Shown: positions 52,447 to 63,900 of the stretch, piece by piece
How positions within the stretch are numbered: the stretch's first letter is position 1
Layout of the letters: each line of letters begins with the position of its first letter
Source: an uncultured Cytophagales bacterium
GTDB taxonomy: Bacteria > Bacteroidota > Bacteroidia > Cytophagales > Flammeovirgaceae
Length of the DNA stretch: 64,000 bases
Direction: 5' to 3'
NCBI GenBank assembly: GCA_963729615.1
Contig: CAVSOI010000012.1
Coordinates: 457,236-521,235 of the forward strand
The notes under the pieces: generated by a model
Seen by the model: only the letters and a program-made list of their open reading frames with translations
Databases searched by the model: none
Told to the model about the DNA's origin: nothing
Program-made: the position numbers and the translations under genes

Positions 52447-52637
52447 ATACTACTGGACATTTCCATAAATCAAGACCTCTACAGAGGTGTCGATGGCGAC
52501 AGCATCGGCTGTCCGATTCCAAAAAACCCTGCCGAAGGGCGATTTAATCCGAACCACGATGGCCGTTCAATGTCTGGCCGGGCCACGCTGGCGAGACCTG
52601 CGGATTCCGCCAGCGATTCACTCATGTCCAGTAGTAT
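52447..52637. repeat. Repeat family D element bounded by 14-bp TIRs (ATACTACTGGACAT / ATGTCCAGTAGTAT)
   Basis: The TIRs were read directly. The interior is GC-rich: gtcgatggcgacagcatcggctgtccg...gccgggccacgctggcgagacctgcgg. Confidence 0.7.
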
Positions 52638-52831
52638 GAGAAATAAATAATATCAATTAAATAGTTCTTGGTAAGTGCTTAGACTGAATTAATCAATACT
52701 TATATTTCACATAACTAATTGATTTTGAGATTTTAACTTGCCATTTTACTATCTTTCTATTTTGAACTTACTTATTCTGATTATCAACTAATAAAAAAAA
52801 GAATTGGCAAGTTTTGCCTAATTATAATTAG

Positions 52832-54058
52832 ATGAGAATACTCGTTTTATCACAAGTTTATTGGCCAGATACGGTAGCGGTGGCGCAACATTTAGCTGAC
52901 TTGTGCGGTAAGCTTGCCAAAGATGGACACGATGTAGAAGTGTGGACAAGTCAATATCACTACGAAAATGTGAACATCAAGTATCCGATTTCAGAAATGA
53001 ACGAAGGAGTGAAGATTAGACGCTTGAAGAACACGGGTTTTGGCAAAAAAAGTGTTTGGAGGCGATTGGTTGATTTCTTTACATTCAATTTCCTCATTGG
53101 TTTCAACCTGCTTTTCCTCAAATCTGGCAAGTTCGATGTAGTTCTCGGGTTAACCTCGCCCCCACTCTTGTCTTTTTTGGCGGCTTATTTCGCCAAAGTC
53201 AAAAAGTACAAGTTCTGTTACTGGACAATGGATTTGCAACCAGAACTTTCCATCCAATCAGGGCTGATTAAGCGAGAGTCTATGATTGCCAAAGTGCTCA
53301 CTTTTTTGGGAGATTACACTTTCAAAAAAGCAGACAAAATTATTGCCCTCGATAAATACATGAAAAATTATAGCGTCAGCCGAGGAGCGGAAGCCAACAA
53401 AGTTTCGGTAATTCCCGTTTGGCCAGTGATGGCGCAGGTTTATGAAGGCGAAAGAAGGGCAAATCCTTTCAGAAAAGAACAAGGTTTTGGAGATAAAATC
53501 GTAATAATGTATTCCGGAAACCACTCTTTCGTCCACCCGATTGACACAGTTTTGAAGGTCGCCAAAGATTTGGAGCAAGACAGCCGTTTCCTGTTCGTGT
53601 TCATTGGCGGAGGTGTGCGTAAAGAAGATGTAACCAAATTCAAGAAAAAATACTGTTTGGAGAATATTATCCAACTTCCTTATCAGCCAAGGGAAAATAT
53701 TCATAATTCGCTCGGCTCGTCTGATTACCAAATAGTGATTTTGGGCGATGGACAAGTGGGTTTCACGCATCCAAACAAGGTTTATGGAGCGATGTTTATT
53801 GGCAAACCCATTCTATATGTGGGGCCAACGCCAAGCCACGTTACCGATATTTTGGAGAAAACAGATGGAAACATTGCCGTTCCGCACGGTTCAGCCGACC
53901 GAGTCAGAGAGGAATTACTGAAATCAGCCGAAAATGTTGCTTCCTTGGAGTCAGTTGGTAAAAAGAATAGAGAACTGGCAAACCAAAATTTCCACCCAAA
54001 AGTTTTGCTGGAGAAAATGACGAAATCACTAGAAGGCATAATTCAGATAGTAAATTAG
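52832..54058 (+). CDS. Glycosyltransferase family 4 (WcaI-like)
   Basis: 408 aa with N-terminal MRILVLSQVYWPDTVAVAQHLADL and a C-terminal GT-B EX7E-like region. Confidence 0.7.
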   Translation: MRILVLSQVYWPDTVAVAQHLADLCGKLAKDGHDVEVWTSQYHYENVNIKYPISEMNEGVKIRRLKNTGFGKKSVWRRLVDFFTFNFLIGFNLLFLKSGKFDVVLGLTSPPLLSFLAAYFAKVKKYKFCYWTMDLQPELSIQSGLIKRESMIAKVLTFLGDYTFKKADKIIALDKYMKNYSVSRGAEANKVSVIPVWPVMAQVYEGERRANPFRKEQGFGDKIVIMYSGNHSFVHPIDTVLKVAKDLEQDSRFLFVFIGGGVRKEDVTKFKKKYCLENIIQLPYQPRENIHNSLGSSDYQIVILGDGQVGFTHPNKVYGAMFIGKPILYVGPTPSHVTDILEKTDGNIAVPHGSADRVREELLKSAENVASLESVGKKNRELANQNFHPKVLLEKMTKSLEGIIQIVN

Positions 54059-54311
54059 TAAAATGGCAAGATAGAAAAGTTATAGAACAGCAACATTGCG
54101 ATAAGTATTCTGACTAATTCTACTTTAGGACTCTTAAAAGTATAATTCCATTCTCCATTAGCTGAAGCTAGTGGAGAATGGAATCAAAACTATAGATGTC
54201 GAGTTTGCCATTCAATTGCATCCATTTGAAGATGGATGTTTGTTTTCGCAACTTCAATAGCTTATATAAAGTAAGTTGAGGAACGGTTAACTTAATTCAA
54301 AATGAATTGAT

Positions 54312-54692
54312 ATGGGAAATCACAAAGCAGGTTCGACTGAACTAAAGGTGGATTTGGTGGCAGGTTTTGCATCGTTCAAATTTCTTCCTCCTCCGTTTTC
54401 TGTCGGGCATAACAACCTGAATCCCAAGCTTATTCTGAAAGAAAATGGACTAGAGTTTCGTGGCGCATTCTTCACAAATCATAAAAAGTACGGAGACATT
54501 GAAAAAGTAGATTGCTCAGTTTCAAGTATTGGTCTGTTTGGAAAGAATATGATTCGGCTTTCTTTCACTGATACTATTTTCACATTCTCTGGAAATATAA
54601 GAACACTGGAAGGATTGAAAGAAGTGCTGGCTTTTTTGGATGGCAAAGGTTGCTTGCTTTCGGAAAAGGCGAAAAATCTTTTAGAAAACTAA
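54312..54692 (+). CDS. Hypothetical protein
   Basis: 126-aa ORF with coding-like composition and no recognisable motif. Confidence 0.35.
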   Translation: MGNHKAGSTELKVDLVAGFASFKFLPPPFSVGHNNLNPKLILKENGLEFRGAFFTNHKKYGDIEKVDCSVSSIGLFGKNMIRLSFTDTIFTFSGNIRTLEGLKEVLAFLDGKGCLLSEKAKNLLEN

Positions 54693-55315
54693 TTTGAATC
54701 TTCCAAGCTGTTATAATACTCTACTACCAAAGCCATATCAACTCTGTTTTCCACCCGAAGTCGATTGGTTTTTATATATCGTTTTACTTTCTCGAAGTGG
54801 TTGGAGAATGATAATTCTATCATGTCTTTTGGCGACTCGAAACCTTCAATTCTGGCATCGCTTCCCATTAGGAAATAATTCTCTTCCTGTTGCAAAGTTG
54901 TGTAGGCAGGACTAGAACCCATCCAAAAAGGGTCATAATAGTAACGGGTTTCCTGCACTATTTCCTCACGAGTCAGCAAATTCTTTTTTCCTTCCACCAA
55001 AAGTTCAAAAAAGTAATTCCGCTTATAATTATTTTCAAAAGCATACGGTAGAGAGAAAAAATAGCGTGTTCTAGCTGTCAGCGCATCTGTAAACTAAGCT
55101 GATTCCACTTGGTTCGGGTTGAGCGAAAGAACTTGACTACCTGTGTTGAGCAAAATGACATCGGACTCCAAATTATATTTTAGCTTTCCTTTCAAGGTTT
55201 CTCCCTCCCGCAAATCTACCACTCCTTCATGCCACATTTCGGAAGAAAACCGCTGTGAATAAGCCGAAAACATAATAATATTCAGCAAAAATGTGAGTTG
55301 AAGTATTTTTTTCAT
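54689..55315 (-). CDS. Secreted hypothetical protein with an in-frame TAG at 55091-55093
   Basis: ORFs 55094..55315 (with signal peptide MKKILQLTFLLNIIMFSAYSQ) and 54689..55000 are in the same frame. The open reading continues straight through a single TAG. Confidence 0.4.
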
Positions 55316-55452
55316 GGCTATGCTTTTGATTGGATTCTACCTTATTATACATCAATACAGTCAAAATGGTTTTCCATTTTAGCTTTCTTATGAACACTTT
55401 CTGTAAATGTTAATTATCATTTCATCAAATTTCTACTCTCTCAGAAAAACGC

Positions 55453-55460
55453 TAGATTTG
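55453..55460 (+). promoter_or_regulatory. Candidate -7 element TAGATTTG upstream of the epimerase gene
   Basis: Matches the TAnnTTTG consensus 31 nt upstream of the ATG at 55491. Confidence 0.25.
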
Positions 55461-55490
55461 CCCTAACCTTACCAATAAACAACGACATAA

Positions 55491-56444
55491 ATGGACAAAA
55501 TATTAGTGATTGGCGCTTGCGGGCAACTCGGCTCAGAGCTTACCTATTCTTTAAGAACTATTTTTGGAGAGCAGAATGTAGTGGCTTCCGACCTTTTCCA
55601 ACCAAAAAATGAGCTTGCCGAAGGACTTTTTGAGCAGTTGGATGTAACAGATGGGAAAAGATTGGATGAAATAGTTCGGAAACATAAAATTACCCAAATC
55701 TATCATTTGGCGGCCATTCTTTCTGCCAAGGGCGAGCAGAACCCACTTTGGGCTTGGCAAATTAATATGGATGGCTTACTGAACGTGTTGGAAATTGCCA
55801 AAGCTCAGAAAATGGATAAGGTCTATTGGCCGAGTTCCATTGCTGCTTTCGGGCAAAGCACCCCAAAATCGAACACCCCACAAACCACGGTAATGGAACC
55901 AAGTACGGTTTACGGAATCAGTAAGTTGACGGGCGAACTTTGGTGCCAATATTATTTCGATAAATACGGGTTAGATACGAGGAGTCTGCGTTATCCAGGC
56001 TTGATTGGCTACAAATCTTTGCCAGGAGGTGGAACTACGGATTATGCGGTGGACATTTACCACAAGGCACTTGAAGGCGAGAAATTTGAGTGTTTCCTCT
56101 CCGAAAATACTTATTTGCCCATGATGTATATGCCCGATGCGCTGAAGGCAACCATAGATATTATGCAAGCAGAAGCGAGTGAAATCCAACTGCATACCTC
56201 TTACAATGTGTCTGGAATGAGTTTTTCGCCAAAGGAAATGGCAGATTCAATCCGAAAGGAGATTCCAAATTTTGAGATAAGCTACCAGCCAGATTTCCGT
56301 CAAGCCATTGCCAACAGCTGGCCAAGCAGTTTGGATGATTCAAAGGCGAGAACTGATTGGGGTTGGCAACCGAAATTTGACCTCGAAGCGATGACGAAAG
56401 ATATGCTAGAGAACTTGAGGACAATGAAGGCGATTTCGGCTTAA
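55491..56444 (+). CDS. NAD-dependent epimerase/dehydratase family protein, L-threonine 3-dehydrogenase-like
   Basis: ILVIGACGQLGSEL (Rossmann) ... YGISK (catalytic YxxxK). Size 317 aa. Confidence 0.65.
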   Translation: MDKILVIGACGQLGSELTYSLRTIFGEQNVVASDLFQPKNELAEGLFEQLDVTDGKRLDEIVRKHKITQIYHLAAILSAKGEQNPLWAWQINMDGLLNVLEIAKAQKMDKVYWPSSIAAFGQSTPKSNTPQTTVMEPSTVYGISKLTGELWCQYYFDKYGLDTRSLRYPGLIGYKSLPGGGTTDYAVDIYHKALEGEKFECFLSENTYLPMMYMPDALKATIDIMQAEASEIQLHTSYNVSGMSFSPKEMADSIRKEIPNFEISYQPDFRQAIANSWPSSLDDSKARTDWGWQPKFDLEAMTKDMLENLRTMKAISA

Positions 56445-56466
56445 AGTAAATGGAAACAGTAAATAG

Positions 56467-56498
56467 AAATGCTAGGCAAATAAGTTTGCCTAGCATTT
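56467..56498. terminator. Bidirectional hairpin between convergent genes
   Basis: aaatgctaggcaaa-taagt-ttgcctagcattt, with a 13-14-bp perfect stem. Confidence 0.6.
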
Positions 56499-56535
56499 CG
56501 CTATCATTATAGGTAGTTGTCTAATCTATTATTTC

Positions 56536-57036
56536 TTAATTAGCATAGACTGCCAATTTCTTTTGCAATATTTTCCTTGCCGTGTGGATTCTGTTTTTCA
56601 CAGTTCCGATTGGCACATTGAATTCCTCTGCAATTTCTCTGTACTTGAATCCTTTCACATACATTTGGAAATAGTTCCTTGCATCTTCATCAACACAATC
56701 CATTCCTTTGTTGATATCATCCATTATTGCATTTCCAACTCCGTCATTTTCGGCAGTTTTCGTATTGAGGTGGTAAAGGTTTTCAGTTGTATCGCAAGTA
56801 GTTTTTCTTCTCTTCTTTTTTTGGTAAGCAGAAAAAAATGTATTCCTCAAAATTGTATGCAACCAAGCGTTCAAACTCGTTCCTTCCTGAAACTTAGATT
56901 TGTTGGAGATTGCCTTCAATAAGGTCTCTTGCACCAAATCGTTTGCATCCTGAATGTCTTGAGTCAGTTTCAAGGCGTGAGGCATCAATTTAGTTGTCTT
57001 AGTTACGATTTCGGAGTTGAAGCTTAAATTTCCCAT
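56536..57036 (-). CDS. RNA polymerase sigma-70 family (ECF-type) sigma factor
   Basis: Region 2: DLVQETLLKAISNKSKF...AWLHTILRNTFFSAYQKK. Region 4: YREIAEEFNVPIGTVKNRIHTARKIL. Confidence 0.75.
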   Translation of the reverse strand: MGNLSFNSEIVTKTTKLMPHALKLTQDIQDANDLVQETLLKAISNKSKFQEGTSLNAWLHTILRNTFFSAYQKKKRRKTTCDTTENLYHLNTKTAENDGVGNAIMDDINKGMDCVDEDARNYFQMYVKGFKYREIAEEFNVPIGTVKNRIHTARKILQKKLAVYAN

Positions 57037-57481
57037 TTTCTTAGATGTTTGAGGTAAAGGACTATAAATATTTTTATAAAATTTCTTTTTTGATTCTCGA
57101 CCGTATTTCCCAATTGCCGAGCATGATTACAGTAAGCCAAAAAGAATACCCCAAAACACCATATTGATTTATTTAACTGATAATCAGTATTTTACATAAA
57201 ATATCTACTATGCCAAAAAACAAAAAAGCCTTCGGATTCCGAAAGAGGTTTCGGTATCCGAAGGCTAGCGCATCAACTCCTAAGTTTCTACTGTTATACA
57301 AGCTTCAGTCAGCGTGACCCAATCAAAGACTGATTTCCATTGTTCGGCACAGGTTGGCGATTGCGCCCCCAGAAAAAACCTGCGCCAGCGTTTTACGCTG
57401 GTTCGAGCGTCCACGCTCGAACCAAATTCACACTAACTTAATGGCATTGAGCGGACGCTTGCGCTATGGGTAGTTACCCAA

Positions 57482-57560
57482 ATTAATGATTGAACTATTT
57501 TTAATTCTTAATCTCTCAATCTACAATTGTATTTATCAAACATATAACTCATAATTGGGA
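57482..57560 (+). repeat. Repeat family B, 3'-terminal fragment
   Basis: ...tttttaattcttaatctctcaatctacaattgtatttatcaaacatataactcataattggga. Confidence 0.6.
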
Positions 57561-57575
57561 TTGATACTAACAAAT

Positions 57576-58043
57576 TTACTCCTGCACTCTATATTTCAAT
57601 TGCATTCCGTGAAGGAAATTCCTCAAAAATTGGTCTTTGCAAGGGCGAAATTGGCTTTGAGTAGGCTTTCGGAAAAAAGCACTCAATTCATGTTTTCCAA
57701 CCTGAATGCCTGTGAGGCTCATGATATCCAACATATCTTCCGATTTCAGATTGAGGGCAATTTTCAATTTCTTCAAAATCAAGTTATTGTCAGTCTTGCT
57801 TTCGGCTTTCGGAGTTTCCTTTCCTTCTTGCTTTCCCCTTTTGTCAATAATCAACCCGTTCAGGAAAGAACTTAATTCTTTGTCTCGCAACTGAACGAGT
57901 TCTGGGTCATCATCTTTTTTGAGCCATTGGCTTACTCGCGCTCGGTCGGCTTCCAAATCTCCCAATCCAAATAGCTGAATCATTTTTGAATCGCTGAAAT
58001 CGAAAGCGTAACGGACTCTGCGCAAAACATCATTATTATTCAT
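57576..58043 (-). CDS. DUF1456 (YehS-like) family protein
   Basis: 155 aa: MNNNDVLRRVRYAFDFSDSKMIQLF..., with two repeated DUF1456-like halves. Confidence 0.55.
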   Translation of the reverse strand: MNNNDVLRRVRYAFDFSDSKMIQLFGLGDLEADRARVSQWLKKDDDPELVQLRDKELSSFLNGLIIDKRGKQEGKETPKAESKTDNNLILKKLKIALNLKSEDMLDIMSLTGIQVGKHELSAFFRKPTQSQFRPCKDQFLRNFLHGMQLKYRVQE

Positions 58044-58266
58044 GGTAAAGGAGGGTTTTTTCTGTATTTAATGGGAACGCTGTGTTTCAAAAGTAAAATT
58101 CTGAGTTTTGGTTTTCACTTTCTTTGGTTCTTTTCAAAGTTATCAAGAATGTGTGCAAATTTTCAAAAGTGGGCGAAAATAGAAGAATCTGGGTGTATGA
58201 CAAATTCGCATAAAACTTCAGAAATGCCTTATATTAAGTTGTAGAGATTAAAATTGCCATACAATA

Positions 58267-59676
58267 TTGATAATCAATATCATATGGCAAATATATTTTG
58301 CAAAAGCCTTATATTTGTTTCGATTAAAAAAACATTTACTCGGTTTTCGTAAAATACACTGCAATGATAAAAAAAACTTTAGGCAAAAGATAGTTTCCCT
58401 GACGAAGAAATACCTGGAAAACGACTATTTCGATATTTCCAAACAGCTAGATTCAGTATTTTCGGCATCTGATATTTCAAAGTTCGAGGAGTCCGACCTG
58501 GATTTTTTCGAGAAAATGAATGCTCTGCTGTTCCTGGGTCAATTGGTGGGACTGCCCACGCTGAAAAGTATTCTGACCAAGTTCGGCATTGCCAGCAACA
58601 GGTTGCAGAAAAACTACACGAAGCTATACAAGAAGCTGACTGTAAGCAAGTTGCGTATTATTTTCGAGTTCATATTTGAACAGCAGGCAGTCGGCATTTT
58701 GAGGGAAATGGCTCTGAAAGACTCTTCCATCTGGTCGAAAAAAAGAGTGACTGCCGTTCTGGATGACAGTATTTTCCGCCAATGGCTTTCTGGGTCGGCA
58801 AGGGACGGGGCGCATTATGGCAAGTTCTTCAGCGGGCAATACCACTGCTCGGTCTTCGGCTTCAAAGTAGTGTGTTTTGGACTCTATATTGACGGTATTT
58901 TCTACCCCCTGTTTTTTGATTTCGTCAAGAAGAAAACAGGGGAGCAGGGCAATCAGGCGATTGAGGTGGCAAAAAAGCTGGTCTCCCGCTGGGGCAGGCT
59001 CAAGGGCAGACTTGCCAGGGAAGGCGTCATGTTGCCGAACATCCATTTCAGCTGCGACAATGGATACAATGACGTCTCGCTGAGCGGGCATTGCGAGAGG
59101 CAGGAAAATGGGCTGGTCTATATCAGCGTGCCGAGGAGAAACAATATTTTTACCATCGATGAAAAAAGAGGGAGCCTGACTGAATTCATCGATTCGGAAT
59201 TTATGACGGAGGAACTGGCACATCGGCAGAACGAGAGACACTTGAAAGAAGAGAGTAAAACGCCCTTCTGCCTACGGAAAAAGGCGTTTTACCACAGCCA
59301 GCAAAGGTATGTGACCCTGCTGTTTTTCAGGCTGAATGGCTCGGGGAGGGTAAGCGTCATCTATTCGCCAAGCGAAACGATCTTTGCAAAGACGCTGCGC
59401 AGGCATTGGTTCAGCCGAACCTACATAGAGCAGTTTTTCAAGACCCTCAAGCATGTGCTGAGAATTACCGAGGCCAGAACGAAAGACAGGCACGAGCTGG
59501 AATTCAAGATTCTGCGATTCGCCTTCATGGCTGTGGAGGCACAAAGGATAGTCAAGTTCCTGAGAAGGAAATTCAGTGCATTCAAAGGAAAAGGTTTCAT
59601 CGCCCTGCAGAGAATACTCTGTTTTGAACAGGAAATAATAGACCTTTTGCAAAGCAAAACACATGTAAAATACTGA
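58267..59676 (+). mobile_element. IS4/IS5-superfamily DDE transposase gene in a locally GC-rich island; element ends not resolved
   Basis: Motifs LDDSIF...DNGYND...RRHWFSRTYIEQFFKTLKH (the Y-R-W-IE-FK pattern of IS4-family transposases). The 58.8-59.5 kb stretch is visibly GC-richer than its flanks. A 17-nt palindrome ATATTGATAATCAATAT lies at the 5' edge. Confidence 0.65.
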
Positions 59677-60017
59677 AAATCAAACCCTTATAAAGGAGTT
59701 AAACTCTACAAATTAAGGCAAAGAAAACGGCTATGACTCTGAGAAAAGAAGATTTTTTAGCACTAATTGGTTGTTGGTCTCGCAGTAAATATTTTTATGT
59801 ACGTTTTTTTTGATTTATTATTCTTGCTCTAAATATAATGCTGAAGGATTTTATTGCTAATTCTACCATGCTACATGATAATTTTTCTCAATAGCTTAAA
59901 TTTCAGCCTTTCTACCTCCCCTAACCCCTCCAAAAGGAGGGGATTTAGCTCCTTCCCCTTTTAGGGCAGGGGTGGGGTAAAATATTGGCTCTCAAAAATT
60001 GTCATGTAGTATGTAAT

Positions 60018-60395
60018 TCTACTCGACATTTCCCACCCTTTTTTTTAGAGAAATTGTATTTTTTAGATACAATTTTATTGGCGGATTGAGAACTCGGCAG
60101 TGTGCTGTCGATGGCGACCCCCGTTTGCACCTGCCGAAGGTCGGACCCGAAGGTCGGGACCCGATGTTCGGGAATTGTTGAAAAGCTTTTGGGTTCGTTG
60201 TTTTCTCGCTTACTAGACTGGCGGGAGCGAAAATGCACACCGCCAGCTAGTCGCTTTGCGAAATGAGTTTCAGTAGTTCAGGATATTCGGAAAAAGCACT
60301 TAGTATTTGAATAGTTATGTTTTTTAGCAATTAAGTGTAATTACACAATAAATACCAAAAGTCAATTTTAAGGGTGGGAAATGTCGGTTCTACTT
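60018..60395. repeat. Composite MITE-like element with ~23-bp TIRs (TCTACTCGACATTTCCCACCCTT / AAGGGTGGGAAATGTCGGTTCTA) enclosing a family-D GC-rich core
   Basis: TIRs read directly. Interior gtgctgtcgatggcgacccccgtttgcacctgccgaaggtcggacccgaaggtcgggacccg... Confidence 0.65.
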
Positions 60396-60437
60396 TAAGA
60401 CTCTGAAAATACAGAACTCGTTTACCACTAGCTGAAG

Positions 60438-60633
60438 CTAGTGCATCAACTCCTAAGTTCGCATTCGTATTTTATGTTTCTTGTTTCCTTCTACTGCATT
60501 AAAATTCTTAGCCGTAGCTATGGCTATGTCGAAATGTCGAACCATCGGATTGCCGAACCATTCAGATTTTGCTTTGTAGAAGAAAACAATATTCCAAAAA
60601 ATACTGAAAGGAACTTAGAATTCAATGCACTAG
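60438..60633 (+). repeat. Repeat family C, copy 3
   Basis: ctagtgcatcaactcctaagttcg ... cttagaattcaatgcactag. Confidence 0.8.
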
Positions 60634-60754
60634 TGGCAATTGAATCAGCACTCAGAAAGCTTATTCATTGCATCCACCTTCAGATAGATATTTAGAATAA
60701 CAACCCAAAAATGACACTTGAAATGCGATTCCGGCTAGAGTCTTAAAGTAGAAC

Positions 60755-60815
60755 TAAACTAGCCTCAAAAATAAACTGAGGCAAAACACACATTTATTTA
60801 ATTCCCATTCCTTAG
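60755..60815 (-). repeat. Repeat family A, terminal fragment (reverse)
   Basis: gcctcaaaaataaactgaggcaaaacacacatttatttaattcccattcc is the reverse complement of the family A 5' end. Confidence 0.6.
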
Positions 60816-60981
60816 TATGATTATTGCCTATTTGTAATTTTAAAATTGCACCAAGCAAAGATATTGTTTAGAATATTCTAAGAATTGACGGTTGAATTAG
60901 GCTAAATACGCTTCATAATGTTTTTTTCCAATTTTTGCTTTTCTATTTTACTATTTCGCTAACTTACTATCCGAACTGGGT

Positions 60982-63900
60982 TTGGGAAGAATCAAACAAC
61001 ATATTTACCTAATTACCGCAATCATTTTCATTATGTTGATGATTGGGCTTAGGCAGTTTTTTTTTAGTGAAACAAACGTTAGCTCTTACGTTGAGCAAAT
61101 CAAGGAAAATCTGAAAATAGTCTCTGAAGATGCTGACAATGACATTTTCTATGTAAAAAAGAAACTGAAAGAAGCGAATACAATTCATTTTGGCGATTTT
61201 TTGGAGGAAAATAAATATCCAATCTTCATTTTCAAGAATAAGAAATTGGTCTATTGGTCAGACCATACTTATTACCTGAACTATTACGATTTAATTGGTT
61301 ATTATGATGAACGTAGCATAGAAACGAAGCGAGGGATATTCATTGCGAAAAAATCTATGATTATGCTCGATAATCAAGATTATGAAATCGTGGCGCTCAT
61401 TCCCATCAGAAGAAGATATCAGGTTGACAATGAGTTTCTTAGGCCTACATTAAATCCCGATATTTTCCCTGGACAAAGAGTGCGAGTTAGCACCAGCAAG
61501 GGAAACCTGATTGACATTTACAACAACTACAAAACTTACCTTTTCTCGGTAACTTTCCCTGAAGATTTCAGCTACCATTCCGAGCAAAGATGGATTATGG
61601 TGGTTCTGATGGGAATTGTAGTCTTACTTTTATTGCTGCAATTACAGAAATACTTGCAAAAACTTTTGCGAAAAGGGCAAACACTCCGAGCCACGCTTTT
61701 ACTTGCATTCGGTTTGGTTTCCGTTCGGGCAATTATGCTCTACTACCAAATTCCGTATGATTATTTGGAGTACGAACTATTTGAGCCTCAAGTATTTGCA
61801 TCATCTCTGATGAATCCTTCTTTGGGAGATTTATTCATCAATTCGCTTTGCATTCTGGTCATCATTTTGTTTTTCTATGCGAATTACCCGAAAATAATTC
61901 GCTACAAAAAAATCCTTTCCTTTCCGAATTGGGCAAAAGCATTGATTTCGGTAACTGCGGTGGTGCTTTCCTATTTCGTGGTTTTCGGGATTTACCAAGT
62001 GCTGAAAACAATTTACGATAACTCACTGATTTCCTTGGACATTACGCAGGGAATTGCCTTTCCTGTTATCAAAATCGCCTGTCTTTTGGTGTTTGTCTGT
62101 TTGGCAATTGGCTACTTTTTCACAGCACACATTTTCGCTAAACTGCTCATTAAGCTATCAAATAACTCTTACGATTTGCCAATACGCTTCGTAATGGGCA
62201 GTTTGGTTTTTTACCTGATTTCTTTATTGTTCGGATTTGAAAACATCACGCTTTTCAATGTAAATGCCATCTATATTCTCTTCGTTTCCTTTTTGGATTT
62301 ACCAATTTCGCTGAAACGTTCAGATTACAGCACTTATATTTATCTTTTCGTTTGTGCCGTAGTAGTCTCTACGGTTGGAGCATATTCTATCTACAAATTT
62401 GAGGAGGAAAGAACCATTGGCAACAAATACAAATATGCCAATACGCTACTGATTGAAAATGACTTATTGGGAGAATATTACTTAAATGAAATGACCAAAA
62501 AGGCTCAAAAAGATGTTTCCATCCAAAATAAATTCAAAGATGGCTCCACAGCCTCCATCGAATGGATGGAACAGAAAATACGGAGAATGTACTTTAATCG
62601 CTACTTCGACAAATACAACATCAATATTTTATTTTTCGATAAAGACCAAAAACCCTACAACTCCAGAAGGTATTATAATATAGAATTTGCTTCAAAAAAC
62701 AGGGCGCAATACAGAACTGAATACGAAAATATTTACTTCATCAACGATTTGACAGGAGGAACGAAAAGTTACGAAGTCTTCATTCCCATCTCAAAAGATT
62801 TCAACAGATTGGGTTTCATTCTGATGAAATTAGATCTTCGGAAAGTCATCCCGAATAGCATCCACCCTAACTTTTTTGTGGATAAAAAGTACCAAGTCTC
62901 CGATGAAGCGAGCAATTACAGTTATGGAATTTACTCCAAAAATAGTCTGCTTTTCAGTTCGGGCGAGTTTGCTTATGGCAATAATCTGCTGAAAGAGTTT
63001 GAACACAACATGGGTTTTCTGAAAGATGAAGTGGAGACAGAAGGTTTTCATCATTTACGAGTCGCAAATGACAATGACCAACAGATTGTGATTTCCTCTC
63101 CAATTTACCCAAACAATCAAATCCTTACTAATTTCTCCTTTTTATTTCTACTTCTCGTCTTTGTGCTTCTGCTGATAATTTCCGGATATAATTTCTGGGT
63201 CAGGCAGAACAAAGCCACTTCGCAAGCCAAAAAATTGAATTTCAATACAAAAATTCAGCTTTATTTGAACTTCGCCTTCTTTGTGCCACTCATTGTCGTC
63301 AGTATAATTGTGGTAAGCATTCTGAATTCTTCCAATATTCAAGAAACCAAAACCTACTATTTGGAGAAAGCAGAAAGTATTGCCAATGACCTCATGAGTC
63401 ATGTGCAAGAGTTTTACAATGGTTCCTTAGAAAAATCCCAACTCCAAAACTACATTTCCGAAATTGCCAATATTACGCAATCAGACATTAACCTATTCGA
63501 TAAAAACGGGCAGTTGATTGTTCCTAGCCAAAATTATATCTATGAAAATGAACTGATGAACAGCGTGGTCAACCCTCATGCCTATGCGCAACTTATTGAG
63601 GAGAACCAAAGCAAAGCCATGTTCGATGAGTCAATAGGAATGCTCAATTTCAACTCTGCTTATGTGAGTGTGAAATCATTGGAAAATGGAGAGGTTTTGG
63701 GGATTGTGGGCATTCCCTTTTTTGGTTCAAAACAAAGATATGAGAAGCAAGTAATTGATGTACTTTCCAAAATCATGCAAGCGTTTGCCTTTATTCTGAT
63801 AGGCTTGCTTGCCATTTCCTATTTCTCTGCCCGAACTTTGACCGCTCCACTAAGGCTGATTCGCCAAAAAATCCGAAAGGTAAGTTTTCAGGAGAACAAT

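Noticed and set aside
57397-57425. Possible tRNA-like T-arm (GGTTCGAGCG...CGCTCGAACC)
   Set aside because: It is a simple perfect hairpin with a 5-nt loop, inside a GC-rich repeat cluster. There is no acceptor, D or anticodon arm geometry, so it is not a tRNA.
62830-63408. Two minus-strand ORFs (74 and 86 aa)
   Set aside because: They are antisense to the long open sensor-kinase frame that runs 60982-64000. The plus frame has far better coding character and a HAMP domain.
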